Part shown: piece after piece, positions 25,087-33,064 of the stretch
Numbering within the stretch: the stretch's first letter is position 1
How the letters are laid out: the number at the start of each line of letters is the position of its first letter
Sequence record: LC739534.1
Reading direction: 5' to 3' (one strand)
Origin: Escherichia phage phiWec181
DNA length: 64,000 bases
Position numbers and translations under genes: made by a program
The notes under the pieces: generated by a model
What the model was told of the DNA's origin: nothing
Databases searched by the model: none
Seen by the model: the letters and a program-made list of their open reading frames with translations, nothing else

Positions 25087-25310
25087 TCAATACCTGACGG
25101 GTAACTGCCTCGACAAATCTTACCATCGGAATGCCAGTTAATGCTATCAGGGAAAGTATGATTTAGTGTTTTTTCATGAGGAAGCCATTCTGTAGGCTTC
25201 TCTCCACCATTGATCCATACAAAACCTTCGTCTTCCAGTAAACCTAAAGCAAACTCCATCTCTTCTGCATCGTGAACCGTTACTTTCTGACCTTTCTGTA
25301 ATTTAATCAT
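25065..25310 (-). CDS. hypothetical protein (81 aa)
   Basis: ORF, operon context. Confidence 0.5.
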   Translation of the reverse strand: MIKLQKGQKVTVHDAEEMEFALGLLEDEGFVWINGGEKPTEWLPHEKTLNHTFPDSINWHSDGKICRGSYPSGIEWTLKHY

Positions 25311-25319
25311 ATTACCCCC

Positions 25320-25505
25320 TTAACCAATTAGTTGGACTGCCTTGCAGATGTAAATCCAAACAGGACTAAGCATAAGTGCTACAATACTGGGGTAAATCCC
25401 TTTTGGCTCTATCTCAATTATTGATAAGATTAAGGTGACAGCACTGATAAACATATAAGCTCCCAAGAAAGCCAGCGTCAAGAATTCAGACATAATTAGC
25501 TCCAC
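25320..25505 (-). CDS. small membrane protein (61 aa)
   Basis: Two hydrophobic helices in translation. Confidence 0.5.
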   Translation of the reverse strand: MELIMSEFLTLAFLGAYMFISAVTLILSIIEIEPKGIYPSIVALMLSPVWIYICKAVQLIG

Positions 25506-25828
25506 AAGTTATGAAAATATTCAGCAAACAGGCAACGACCTTCGATTTTATCCGTTTTGGTCATAACGGATTCAGGTTTAAAACCTTCAATCATTTGATC
25601 AATAATGGATAACCACTCCACTGTAGCTTCCCGCTCCTGCTCTTCTGTTAGTTTACGGTAATCTGACACATATTTAGCCCAAATCTTAGATGGGATAAGG
25701 ATATCCCCTCGTTCCACAATACGTGCCTTGAACGCGTACAGTCCAGCACAGATAATCGCGGAGAACGTATCATCCAGGTCTTGCAGATCTTCTACGCCAA
25801 ATTGTAATTCATCATGGATAATTTTCAT
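25496..25828 (-). CDS. hypothetical protein (110 aa)
   Basis: ORF, operon context. Confidence 0.55.
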   Translation of the reverse strand: MKIIHDELQFGVEDLQDLDDTFSAIICAGLYAFKARIVERGDILIPSKIWAKYVSDYRKLTEEQEREATVEWLSIIDQMIEGFKPESVMTKTDKIEGRCLFAEYFHNLWS

Positions 25829-26112
25829 TTTGTTTCTCCCCGCTCTGCGTCTAATTTCAATAAGAAGGCTGCATACTCTTCCGAACCTTTGTGTAAGAAC
25901 ATACGATAAGAACTCACCAGTTTCTTCGTTGTTGTATAACGCTCCATTCCGCCGACAACCCCTGTACCGAGAGTGTAGAGAACAACACCTTCAACCCCAA
26001 CATGGGTTACGACTTCAACCATGTCCGTGTTATCCCAGTGATATTTAGGGGATACAATAAGATCGCCAACTGCTAATTTGATGTTTGCCGCTTCGTCTTG
26101 TGAATAGTACAT
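25825..26112 (-). CDS. hypothetical protein (95 aa), first gene of minus operon
   Basis: ATG at 26112 with GAGAGGAGAAC RBS; promoter upstream. Confidence 0.55.
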   Translation of the reverse strand: MYYSQDEAANIKLAVGDLIVSPKYHWDNTDMVEVVTHVGVEGVVLYTLGTGVVGGMERYTTTKKLVSSYRMFLHKGSEEYAAFLLKLDAERGETK

Positions 26113-26152
26113 TTTGTTCTCCTCTCACATTAGGACACGTTTTGTGTCGATG

Positions 26153-26187
26153 GGTGTAGATTACGTGAGCACAAAGGGGTTGTCAAC
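26153..26187 (-). promoter_or_regulatory. sigma70-like promoter (TTGACA, 17 nt, TAATCT) for minus operon
   Basis: Read on minus strand; -35 is one arm of TTGTCAA-N7-TTGACAA inverted repeat. Confidence 0.5.
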
Positions 26188-26193
26188 TACTTA

Positions 26194-26222
26194 TTGACAA
26201 AAATTTCTAAACGTTGTAAATT
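26194..26222 (+). promoter_or_regulatory. sigma70-like promoter (TTGACA, 17 nt, TAAATT) for plus block
   Basis: Read directly; back-to-back with the minus promoter. Confidence 0.55.
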
Positions 26223-26246
26223 AAAAACATCTACAAAGGAGGAAAC

Positions 26247-27200
26247 ATGAAATACGAAGATTTTAAACAAATAGTTAAAGACGATGTGGTATTTGAGAAC
26301 TTACAGGAAGGTTGTGAAGTCTTAGGTTGGACAGAAAGAGATAGAAACTTTGCAAAAATATACGTAATACGTTGTAGTGTTTGTGCCAAAGACCCCGAAA
26401 TGTATGGAGATGGTCTTTTTACAGCTACAAAAGGGCGTTTAGTGAAAGGTCAGAAATGTTGCGCGTGCGCTGTATCCTTTAAATACAGTCAAAACCAACA
26501 CCTAATTCTGCTAAACAGGCATTTAAGTGTCGCAGGGTACAGCATAGTTTCTATTGGTGCTTGGGAGTGTTCTAAGACGAGAATAGAGTTTAGTTGTGAG
26601 AATGGACACACGAAGAACAGAACCCTGGCTCAAGCAAAGGTAGTAGAACCTTGTAAACAGTGTCTTGAAGAAGGCTGTACAAAACACAAACAAGATGAGG
26701 CAGAGGCAAAAATTATGAAGATAATAGAAGATAAATGTTTACCTTATGTATTTGTAGGGTGGGATACTTCTTACAAGAATGTAACTTCAAAATTCAACCT
26801 CATCTGTTCGGATCACGGTTTAAAAACAATAAGATACGCTTGTTTCCTAAATGGTCATTTTTGTAACGAGTGTTCTGGTAGAAATTGCCTAAGTCTTTAT
26901 TTATTAGGAGTTTATGATAGAGACTTGTTGGTAGGTTTAAAATTTGGCATCTCTCAGAGTCCAGTAAGAAGGGTTCAACAGTTAAATAAAAGGAACTTAT
27001 TTAAATGTAAAATACTACAGATTTGGACTTTTACATCACATGATCAAGCTGTACGGATGGAAACATTATTAAAGAACACATTGCGAACTGGAATATTTAC
27101 TAAAAGAGAGATGAAAGATGGTCATACAGAAACCACAGAAGTTACTAATTTAGAAACCATAATGGACCTTATGACCTCATCTCATGGATTGGTTAGTTAA
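26247..27200 (+). CDS. zinc-ribbon repeat protein with C-terminal T5orf172/GIY-YIG-like domain (317 aa)
   Basis: RBS AAGGAGGAAAC; Cys pairs; LKFGISQSPVRRVQQL...KDGHTETT, paralog of 21663-22679. Confidence 0.6.
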   Translation: MKYEDFKQIVKDDVVFENLQEGCEVLGWTERDRNFAKIYVIRCSVCAKDPEMYGDGLFTATKGRLVKGQKCCACAVSFKYSQNQHLILLNRHLSVAGYSIVSIGAWECSKTRIEFSCENGHTKNRTLAQAKVVEPCKQCLEEGCTKHKQDEAEAKIMKIIEDKCLPYVFVGWDTSYKNVTSKFNLICSDHGLKTIRYACFLNGHFCNECSGRNCLSLYLLGVYDRDLLVGLKFGISQSPVRRVQQLNKRNLFKCKILQIWTFTSHDQAVRMETLLKNTLRTGIFTKREMKDGHTETTEVTNLETIMDLMTSSHGLVS

Positions 27201-27495
27201 CAAAAACCTTAACATTTCCGATGTTCTTGCTGACTTCTTGTGAGAACATTGAAAGTACCTTGTCAAGCAGTTTTACTAATTCATTTGTAATTTGTTCCTC
27301 TGAACGAGAAGAAGTAAGTACCTTACTCTCACCAACGATGTGCATCACCTTGATAGGAGCATTCAGGATAACATTGTGCTTTTCATCTTCTTCGAAAGAT
27401 GCTAACCACTTCTCATTATTCCCGTGCAAAGCCACGATAACACCAAAACCGTTAATAGTTTGTGAAATGTTCTTAGTTGCTAATGTAATGTTCAT
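27193..27495 (-). CDS. hypothetical protein (100 aa), convergent
   Basis: ATG at 27495 with AGAGAGGTG RBS. Confidence 0.5.
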   Translation of the reverse strand: MNITLATKNISQTINGFGVIVALHGNNEKWLASFEEDEKHNVILNAPIKVMHIVGESKVLTSSRSEEQITNELVKLLDKVLSMFSQEVSKNIGNVKVFVN

Positions 27496-27554
27496 TGTTC
27501 ACCTCTCTTAATAATGTAGGGCTATTGTACACTAAAAATATTTCAGGTCAAGTG

Positions 27555-27582
27555 TTGACAAGCTTTTTGGTTCTGTTATGAT
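27555..27582 (+). promoter_or_regulatory. sigma70-like promoter (TTGACA, 16 nt, TATGAT)
   Basis: Read directly upstream of 27613. Confidence 0.55.
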
Positions 27583-27612
27583 TAGCTCATACTAAATGAG
27601 AGGAGAAAACAA

Positions 27613-28050
27613 ATGCAAAACATCAAACTGACTTGGACCGAAGCTAAAGAAGCAATGAAGGAAGGTAGACGTGTTAAACACGAGTATTTCTGTGGTGGGG
27701 AATGGTTTGAGATGCAATATGGTGTTATTCTGGACGAACATGGTTATAATATGACTGATTGGTATCGTGACGAAGCTTGGCAGGATGATGGTTGGTCTGT
27801 GGTTGAGAAAGAAGGTAATGAGGAAGAAGGACTGTTGTCTAATGTAGAGCGCGAAATGCGGGAAACAAAGGTGCCCGAACTGGACTACCATCACCTGGAA
27901 CTTCTTGTGGCAGCATCTTTCGCTACTGGAGATACAATGTGGCAAACTCCGGTGTCCCGTGTCGATAACCAAAATAAACCGTCTGCCCGTAATCACAAGC
28001 TTTACAAAGGTAAAGGTCATAACAAACTGAAGAAAGGAAAGAAGAAATGA
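27613..28050 (+). CDS. DUF2829-like protein (145 aa)
   Basis: RBS GAGAGGAG; N-terminus TWTEAKEAMKEGRRVKHEY...GEW resembles DUF2829 as I recall it; Lys-rich tail. Confidence 0.5.
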   Translation: MQNIKLTWTEAKEAMKEGRRVKHEYFCGGEWFEMQYGVILDEHGYNMTDWYRDEAWQDDGWSVVEKEGNEEEGLLSNVEREMRETKVPELDYHHLELLVAASFATGDTMWQTPVSRVDNQNKPSARNHKLYKGKGHNKLKKGKKK

Positions 28051-28193
28051 TCTACAAAAACAAGTTCACTGGTTGTCTACGTAAGTTTGTCGATAAAAAA
28101 GGTTATGTTTCGCTTGACAACGGGACTACATGGGTGCAGAATGGGACTTCAGAACAATTGATCAAGGCTCTGCCTTACTACGAGGAGGTTTAA

Positions 28194-28517
28194 ATGTCCA
28201 ACAATCTGTTTAGCGTGTCAATCGCACCGCGTGTTAATATTCGCTGTCAGTTTGTTACCTTGCCAGGCGTGACACACATTACTTTAGAGTATGATCCTCG
28301 TTCACGAGAGAACCCAATTACAGGCAAGATTGATTCAGCCTACGGCGACTTCCTAATGGATCACCAAGCGATCTTATGTTGTGTGCAACGCTTACAGGCA
28401 GGGTCTTTATACATCTTTAAGAAGTCTGTGTTCCAAGAGATTGCTCAAGCAGTTGAAAGCGGTATGGAGACTCTTAACGCTATGATTGAAGCAGCCAACA
28501 AGAAGGAGGTTTTATGA
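28194..28517 (+). CDS. hypothetical protein (107 aa)
   Basis: RBS GGAGG; overlapping stop/start with next genes. Confidence 0.55.
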   Translation: MSNNLFSVSIAPRVNIRCQFVTLPGVTHITLEYDPRSRENPITGKIDSAYGDFLMDHQAILCCVQRLQAGSLYIFKKSVFQEIAQAVESGMETLNAMIEAANKKEVL

Positions 28518-28771
28518 CACTCTATCACGTAACCACTGAAGGCGATACCGAAGGTCGTACTACAAAAGACTTAGGGTATGTTGAAGCAGATTCGCCTGAA
28601 CATGCAATCAAGTATCTGCACTCTATAGGGAAGTATGCAGGGTATAAATATGACATTCAAGAAGTTGAAGTCAACCCTGTACAAGTGGCAACACCTATGG
28701 TAGAGTTGCAGTATCTTAAAGCCAAGGTTACACCTGGGCCTTTGGGCGGTTATAAGGGAGAGGTAAAATGA
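28514..28771 (+). CDS. hypothetical protein (85 aa)
   Basis: ATGA overlap with previous stop. Confidence 0.55.
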   Translation: MTLYHVTTEGDTEGRTTKDLGYVEADSPEHAIKYLHSIGKYAGYKYDIQEVEVNPVQVATPMVELQYLKAKVTPGPLGGYKGEVK

Positions 28772-28977
28772 GCGGTTGGATTAAGGTATCTGGCACCGAA
28801 GATGTTCCTGTAGGAGAGTGGCTTGTCATCATGGCAGACGGCAAGAAGGGCTTCTGTGAGGTGCACAAAGCCGCAAAAGGGACAATAGCAGTCATTAACC
28901 GTTTATTTTACTTTGACTGTGAACCTGTAATAGCGTATCATGCATTACCAACTTATGAAGAGGAGACTAACAAATGA
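28768..28977 (+). CDS. hypothetical protein (69 aa)
   Basis: ATGA overlap. Confidence 0.5.
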   Translation: MSGWIKVSGTEDVPVGEWLVIMADGKKGFCEVHKAAKGTIAVINRLFYFDCEPVIAYHALPTYEEETNK

Positions 28978-29270
28978 GCCTTACCACTATGCACAAAACA
29001 CTGCTCAAACTATTTAACAATCAACGTAATCTTTTGATCGAAGATTTCCGTAGCTTTAAACGTAACAAGGTCAATCGTGCCTACATGCCTCATTCAGCCT
29101 TTGATGCCACGTTAAAAGAGTTTCGTAACCGTATCTCTGAAATGGATGCTTACATCCGTGGCACAAAGCTTGCACGCACAGTAACTATCCAAACAGGATT
29201 GTTGCACTTTTATGATGGAACTACCGGATCGATCTACAATCCAGACAGCATAGAGAATTATTTAAAATAG
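28974..29270 (+). CDS. hypothetical protein (98 aa)
   Basis: ATGA overlap. Confidence 0.55.
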   Translation: MSLTTMHKTLLKLFNNQRNLLIEDFRSFKRNKVNRAYMPHSAFDATLKEFRNRISEMDAYIRGTKLARTVTIQTGLLHFYDGTTGSIYNPDSIENYLK

Positions 29271-29472
29271 TTGTTGACTTTGATATACGAAGTATGCTAC
29301 CCTACCCACGAAGTGCCGAGCGGGAGCGAGGTATAAGTGTTACCCTCCCGTTAGGGTAGAGGGTAGTAATTATAGTTTCTATCGTTAGATTGTTCGAAGA
29401 ACAGAAACTTAGATCTTGTTCTTATCGTTAGATGATCGTAAGATCAAGAACATAATATAGAGGAGATAAAGA
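29271..29472 (+). promoter_or_regulatory. 200 bp structured leader with nested inverted repeats
   Basis: CTACCCTACC...GGTAGAGGGTAG and GAACAGAAACTTAGATCTTGTTC repeats, then AGAGGAG RBS. Confidence 0.4.
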
Positions 29473-30009
29473 ATGAAATTGTTAGACTATGCGATGGTTA
29501 TGGATCTTAGTGTGCTTCGTGACGATGCTCAATACATGACACAGAACCAGGATGGCACCTTAAACCTGTATTCTGCCTATCCACGTAATCATGGTCCAGT
29601 TACAACTTACGGTTGGGGTGATAGCAACTTCCTGGATTACTACCCAGCACCACGTAGCCTGGAAACTGCTGAAGATTGGTTCCACTCTATTATCAACTTG
29701 CAAGCAATCCGTGACTACCAAGAGAGTGGGTCAGATAGCAACCTGGCAAATACATTGGGAACGTTGAATACCATCTCTTACAAAGAGAAGCCGCCTAAGC
29801 TTTACTTCCTGCGGGATATTCCAGAAGGCACTTTCTTTGTCTATGGCGGTGCTGACGCTTCTGGTGAGCCTCCTATCTGGCAGAAAGTAGATGGCGGTTT
29901 AGCAGTTATGTTTGATACAGGGATCACTTCTCCGCAAGATACTTTCTCTCAAGATCGTGTGTGGAAAATCTTGAAAGCGCATCTGACTGTTAGCCCAATC
30001 CGAGAATAA
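29473..30009 (+). CDS. hypothetical protein (178 aa)
   Basis: Strong RBS; long ORF. Confidence 0.65.
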   Translation: MKLLDYAMVMDLSVLRDDAQYMTQNQDGTLNLYSAYPRNHGPVTTYGWGDSNFLDYYPAPRSLETAEDWFHSIINLQAIRDYQESGSDSNLANTLGTLNTISYKEKPPKLYFLRDIPEGTFFVYGGADASGEPPIWQKVDGGLAVMFDTGITSPQDTFSQDRVWKILKAHLTVSPIRE

Positions 30010-30087
30010 TCTTAATCTGCAAATAAGTCTTGATCACAAGGTTGTATTCTGATAGAATGCAATCTCACTAAACAAAAGGAGATTTAA

Positions 30088-30285
30088 ATGGCTACGAAGA
30101 AACAAAAAATGAAATGTCTGTCACTAACTCAACTGGGACACAGTGCAGGTTGTGTGACGATCGGTAAAACCTACTCCACCACTTTGAATAAAGAGAACAA
30201 CAGCTTTACATTCAAAGATGACAATGGTAACATGCAGGTGGGGATTTACCCTGAGTGTGCATTCGGTACTTGGGAAAAAGTTTAA
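30088..30285 (+). CDS. hypothetical protein (65 aa)
   Basis: RBS AAAGGAG. Confidence 0.5.
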   Translation: MATKKQKMKCLSLTQLGHSAGCVTIGKTYSTTLNKENNSFTFKDDNGNMQVGIYPECAFGTWEKV

Positions 30286-30304
30286 TTAACTGATCGGAGG
30301 GAGT

Positions 30305-30478
30305 ATGCAAGACAAGAAAAACAATGTTCGTTATGCTTTGTACGGACGTATGGGCGTAGACTGCGAATGGAGACTTCTGTTACAGCGTATTCCCTCTTAT
30401 CAAGAAGCTATGACGAAGCGAGAACATTATAAGAAGACGTGGAGACACGTTGTTTGCAAACATTACGAGGAGGCATAA
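30305..30478 (+). CDS. hypothetical protein (57 aa)
   Basis: Below ORF-track cutoff; RBS GGAGGGAG; stop overlaps next ATG. Confidence 0.45.
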   Translation: MQDKKNNVRYALYGRMGVDCEWRLLLQRIPSYQEAMTKREHYKKTWRHVVCKHYEEA

Positions 30479-30786
30479 TGAGCACATTATCAACAGCAGT
30501 CAAGTTCCACCAGGATTATGAAGAAGCTGTCAAAGATGCTGACAATCCTTCCTCGTTAGTGTTTGAGGATCGTACAGGTTTGAAGTGGGTTAAATCTTTC
30601 GATGAGATCTATTTCTGGTATCCGCAGGGAGCCACAAGCAATAGTTCTCTGTATAGCTACGAACTGGAATACCGTGGCCCTGTAGATGAAGATGAAAACT
30701 TTATCATGTATTTCGTAAATAATGGTTGCGGTGAAACGTTTAATGTTGTATTCTCTAAAGCAGATGAGTCTGACGAGGAGGTGTAA
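30478..30786 (+). CDS. hypothetical protein (102 aa), paralog of next gene
   Basis: RBS GAGGAGG; shares YELEYRGP..FIMYFV..G.GE..V.F with neighbour. Confidence 0.6.
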   Translation: MSTLSTAVKFHQDYEEAVKDADNPSSLVFEDRTGLKWVKSFDEIYFWYPQGATSNSSLYSYELEYRGPVDEDENFIMYFVNNGCGETFNVVFSKADESDEEV

Positions 30787-31091
30787 TGCAGTACAATACG
30801 ACTTTAAGTTTGGCAGTTGCAGCCCACATGCTGTACAATGATTCTGTGAAGGATGAGTTGTCGCCTGTGAGTTTAGCTTTCTATCTGATAGAAAGGGATT
30901 GGATGTTCTCTGGTGAGGACGAAATCTACTACGTAAATTCGCGCGGTTTTATTGAAAGTTTTGAACTTGAACATCGCGCACCAACAGCAGAAGATGATCG
31001 TTTTATTATGTTCTGTGTAAGTGATGGTTACGGAGAGGTATATGATGTAGTATTCTTCAAAAACCGACAGAAGATTGAAGAGGAATTCTAA
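30786..31091 (+). CDS. hypothetical protein (101 aa), paralog of previous gene
   Basis: ATG overlapping previous stop; conserved motif. Confidence 0.6.
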   Translation: MQYNTTLSLAVAAHMLYNDSVKDELSPVSLAFYLIERDWMFSGEDEIYYVNSRGFIESFELEHRAPTAEDDRFIMFCVSDGYGEVYDVVFFKNRQKIEEEF

Positions 31092-31454
31092 ATGAAAAAG
31101 CTACTTTGTGTCCTGATGTTGATGATTGCCACCAATGCTACAGCCGCCCGTGACGGTTTCAAGATTGGGGTGGAAGGTAGCCAATTCTTCACTTGGTACG
31201 GTGGTGAAGCTGTCTACCAGGTGGATGATAAAAAGTATAACTGTAAGTTTGATCGTATAGATCGTGGAGTAGATAATTGGGGCGACGCTTATAAAGCAAC
31301 AGGTTTTTATTGCACCAAAGAAATCTACATTACGGTCAAAGAACCACAAGACAACAGAAAGGTGTTGTTTATTGTGATAAACCCTGCTAAATTTGAAGAA
31401 CGTAAAGCTTACTATGCAGATATGTTCATTGAATACAAAAAGGAGGAAAAATGA
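31092..31454 (+). CDS. secreted protein (120 aa, signal peptide)
   Basis: N-terminus MKKLLCVLMLMIATNATAA. Confidence 0.6.
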   Translation: MKKLLCVLMLMIATNATAARDGFKIGVEGSQFFTWYGGEAVYQVDDKKYNCKFDRIDRGVDNWGDAYKATGFYCTKEIYITVKEPQDNRKVLFIVINPAKFEERKAYYADMFIEYKKEEK

Positions 31455-31813
31455 GAGAAACAATCGTAGATGTTGTTATTAATGGACAACGTTATGTACC
31501 TGTTATAGAGAAAGCTGAACCAGACGCTTTAGATGTTGTCTTTGAAGATGATGATCTTGGCACTGTTACTGTACGTGAATATTTCAGACGACTACTCTCT
31601 ACACTTTGGGAAGAAGAAGACAGTTTTAGTGGAAAACGACCTTTTGGTAACTCTTGCTGGCAGTTCGATTTGATTATCGGTTTGATCGATGCTGGCTACC
31701 TGGAGGGTAAAGTTTATCGTGACGAAGATGGAGGTATAGAAGATACCGACTATGATCGTGAAGAAGCAGATAAACTCATTCAAGGTCTAATTTCACGTAT
31801 GTGTTTGGGGTAA
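31451..31813 (+). CDS. hypothetical acidic protein (120 aa)
   Basis: ATGA overlap; RBS AAGGAGGAAAA. Confidence 0.55.
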   Translation: MRETIVDVVINGQRYVPVIEKAEPDALDVVFEDDDLGTVTVREYFRRLLSTLWEEEDSFSGKRPFGNSCWQFDLIIGLIDAGYLEGKVYRDEDGGIEDTDYDREEADKLIQGLISRMCLG

Positions 31814-31814
31814 T

Positions 31815-32183
31815 ATGAAAGTCTTGAACTTCTACCATTTAGGTAAAGTTGTTCCCGACACTGCAATATACATTGGACGCGCGATGCCCCACTTCGGGTT
31901 GAAAGCGTCAAAGTTTGCCAACCCGTTCAAACTGAAAGAGGATGAACCAAGAGGTGCTACCATTCAAAGATACAAAGAGTGGTTGTGGGATCAGATCCGT
32001 TCTGGTAAGATAACTCTTGAAGATTTGTTGGAGTTGGAAGGTAAAGATGTAGTCTGCTTTTGCTCGCCCCAGAAATGTCATGGAGATGTGCTCGTTGCAG
32101 CCGTGGCATGGGCGCGAAGGGAATACGATAGACGTAATCCACCGTTTACGGATGGGTATTGGAACTGGGAGGAAAATCTATGA
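31815..32183 (+). CDS. DUF4326-like small protein (122 aa)
   Basis: Motifs YIGR, FANPF, CFCSPQKCHGD resemble DUF4326 as I recall it. Confidence 0.5.
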   Translation: MKVLNFYHLGKVVPDTAIYIGRAMPHFGLKASKFANPFKLKEDEPRGATIQRYKEWLWDQIRSGKITLEDLLELEGKDVVCFCSPQKCHGDVLVAAVAWARREYDRRNPPFTDGYWNWEENL

Positions 32184-32533
32184 AGAATATTATTGCGGTG
32201 GATGTATTTGGTGCAAGCGTCTTGCAAGACAAGCAAGCTATGCTGTACCACTATGAAGAAGATAAGCTTACGTACATTTATGTCGGGTCAGAAAAGTATC
32301 GTATCTTTGATTTGGCTTTGTTGAAAGAGGGTGATCTCCCTTTAACAGAGAAGCTATATGGCTTCAAATTCAGACGAGATGTAAAGCTTGATGGGAAGAT
32401 TGCAGTGATTCAAGTTGACGCGTATTATATCATTACCTTTGTCACCCCTGTGTTCAGCGATCTGAACGGAGAAGGTGCTATTAATGATGTGATCGTCCTG
32501 AAAGTAGGTAATGCATTGCACGATGTGAAATAA
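32180..32533 (+). CDS. hypothetical protein (~117 aa)
   Basis: ATG 32180 with GGGAGG RBS (ORF-track start 32159). Confidence 0.5.
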   Translation: MKNIIAVDVFGASVLQDKQAMLYHYEEDKLTYIYVGSEKYRIFDLALLKEGDLPLTEKLYGFKFRRDVKLDGKIAVIQVDAYYIITFVTPVFSDLNGEGAINDVIVLKVGNALHDVK

Positions 32534-32544
32534 CAGGAGGTAGT

Positions 32545-33054
32545 ATGTTCTTTGACGTAGATTCCTTATTCGTTGCCACTGCTGGACAATCTGCGGTTAA
32601 CGCAGAGTTTGAAGAAAGGGAGGCGTGGATTGATGCTCATAACTATGATCCTACAAACCTAAACTGGTGCTGTATGGATATCAAAGGTATGAGCAGGGAT
32701 AGTGCGTTTAGGGCATACTACGCTGTATATACTCTTGACAATCTTTATCAGTATTTTGTATTCCGTAATATGATTGTCAACCTTAATCTTGCTGGGAGAC
32801 TAAAGAACAAAAAAGAGTTTACTTTAGGGCACTACATACCGTTCAAAAAAGGTGGTGAACATTTTCCTTCCAACTGGACAGTGCAAATAAGAGTTGAAAA
32901 TAACAACGCAGGTGATACAATACCAAAAGTCAAAACAAAATGGTCATGGGAGAAACAGGAACGTTATATACGTTCCCATCTCCCACCAAACCTGAGAGAG
33001 CCGTATGCGAGTCGGGCCTTTCATTTAATGAATATTGTCAAGAGTTTTTACTAA
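32545..33054 (+). CDS. HNH endonuclease-like protein (169 aa)
   Basis: C-terminal H-x5-GGEH-x4-N...N pattern typical of HNH nucleases. Confidence 0.5.
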   Translation: MFFDVDSLFVATAGQSAVNAEFEEREAWIDAHNYDPTNLNWCCMDIKGMSRDSAFRAYYAVYTLDNLYQYFVFRNMIVNLNLAGRLKNKKEFTLGHYIPFKKGGEHFPSNWTVQIRVENNNAGDTIPKVKTKWSWEKQERYIRSHLPPNLREPYASRAFHLMNIVKSFY

Positions 33055-33064
33055 GGAGGATTTA

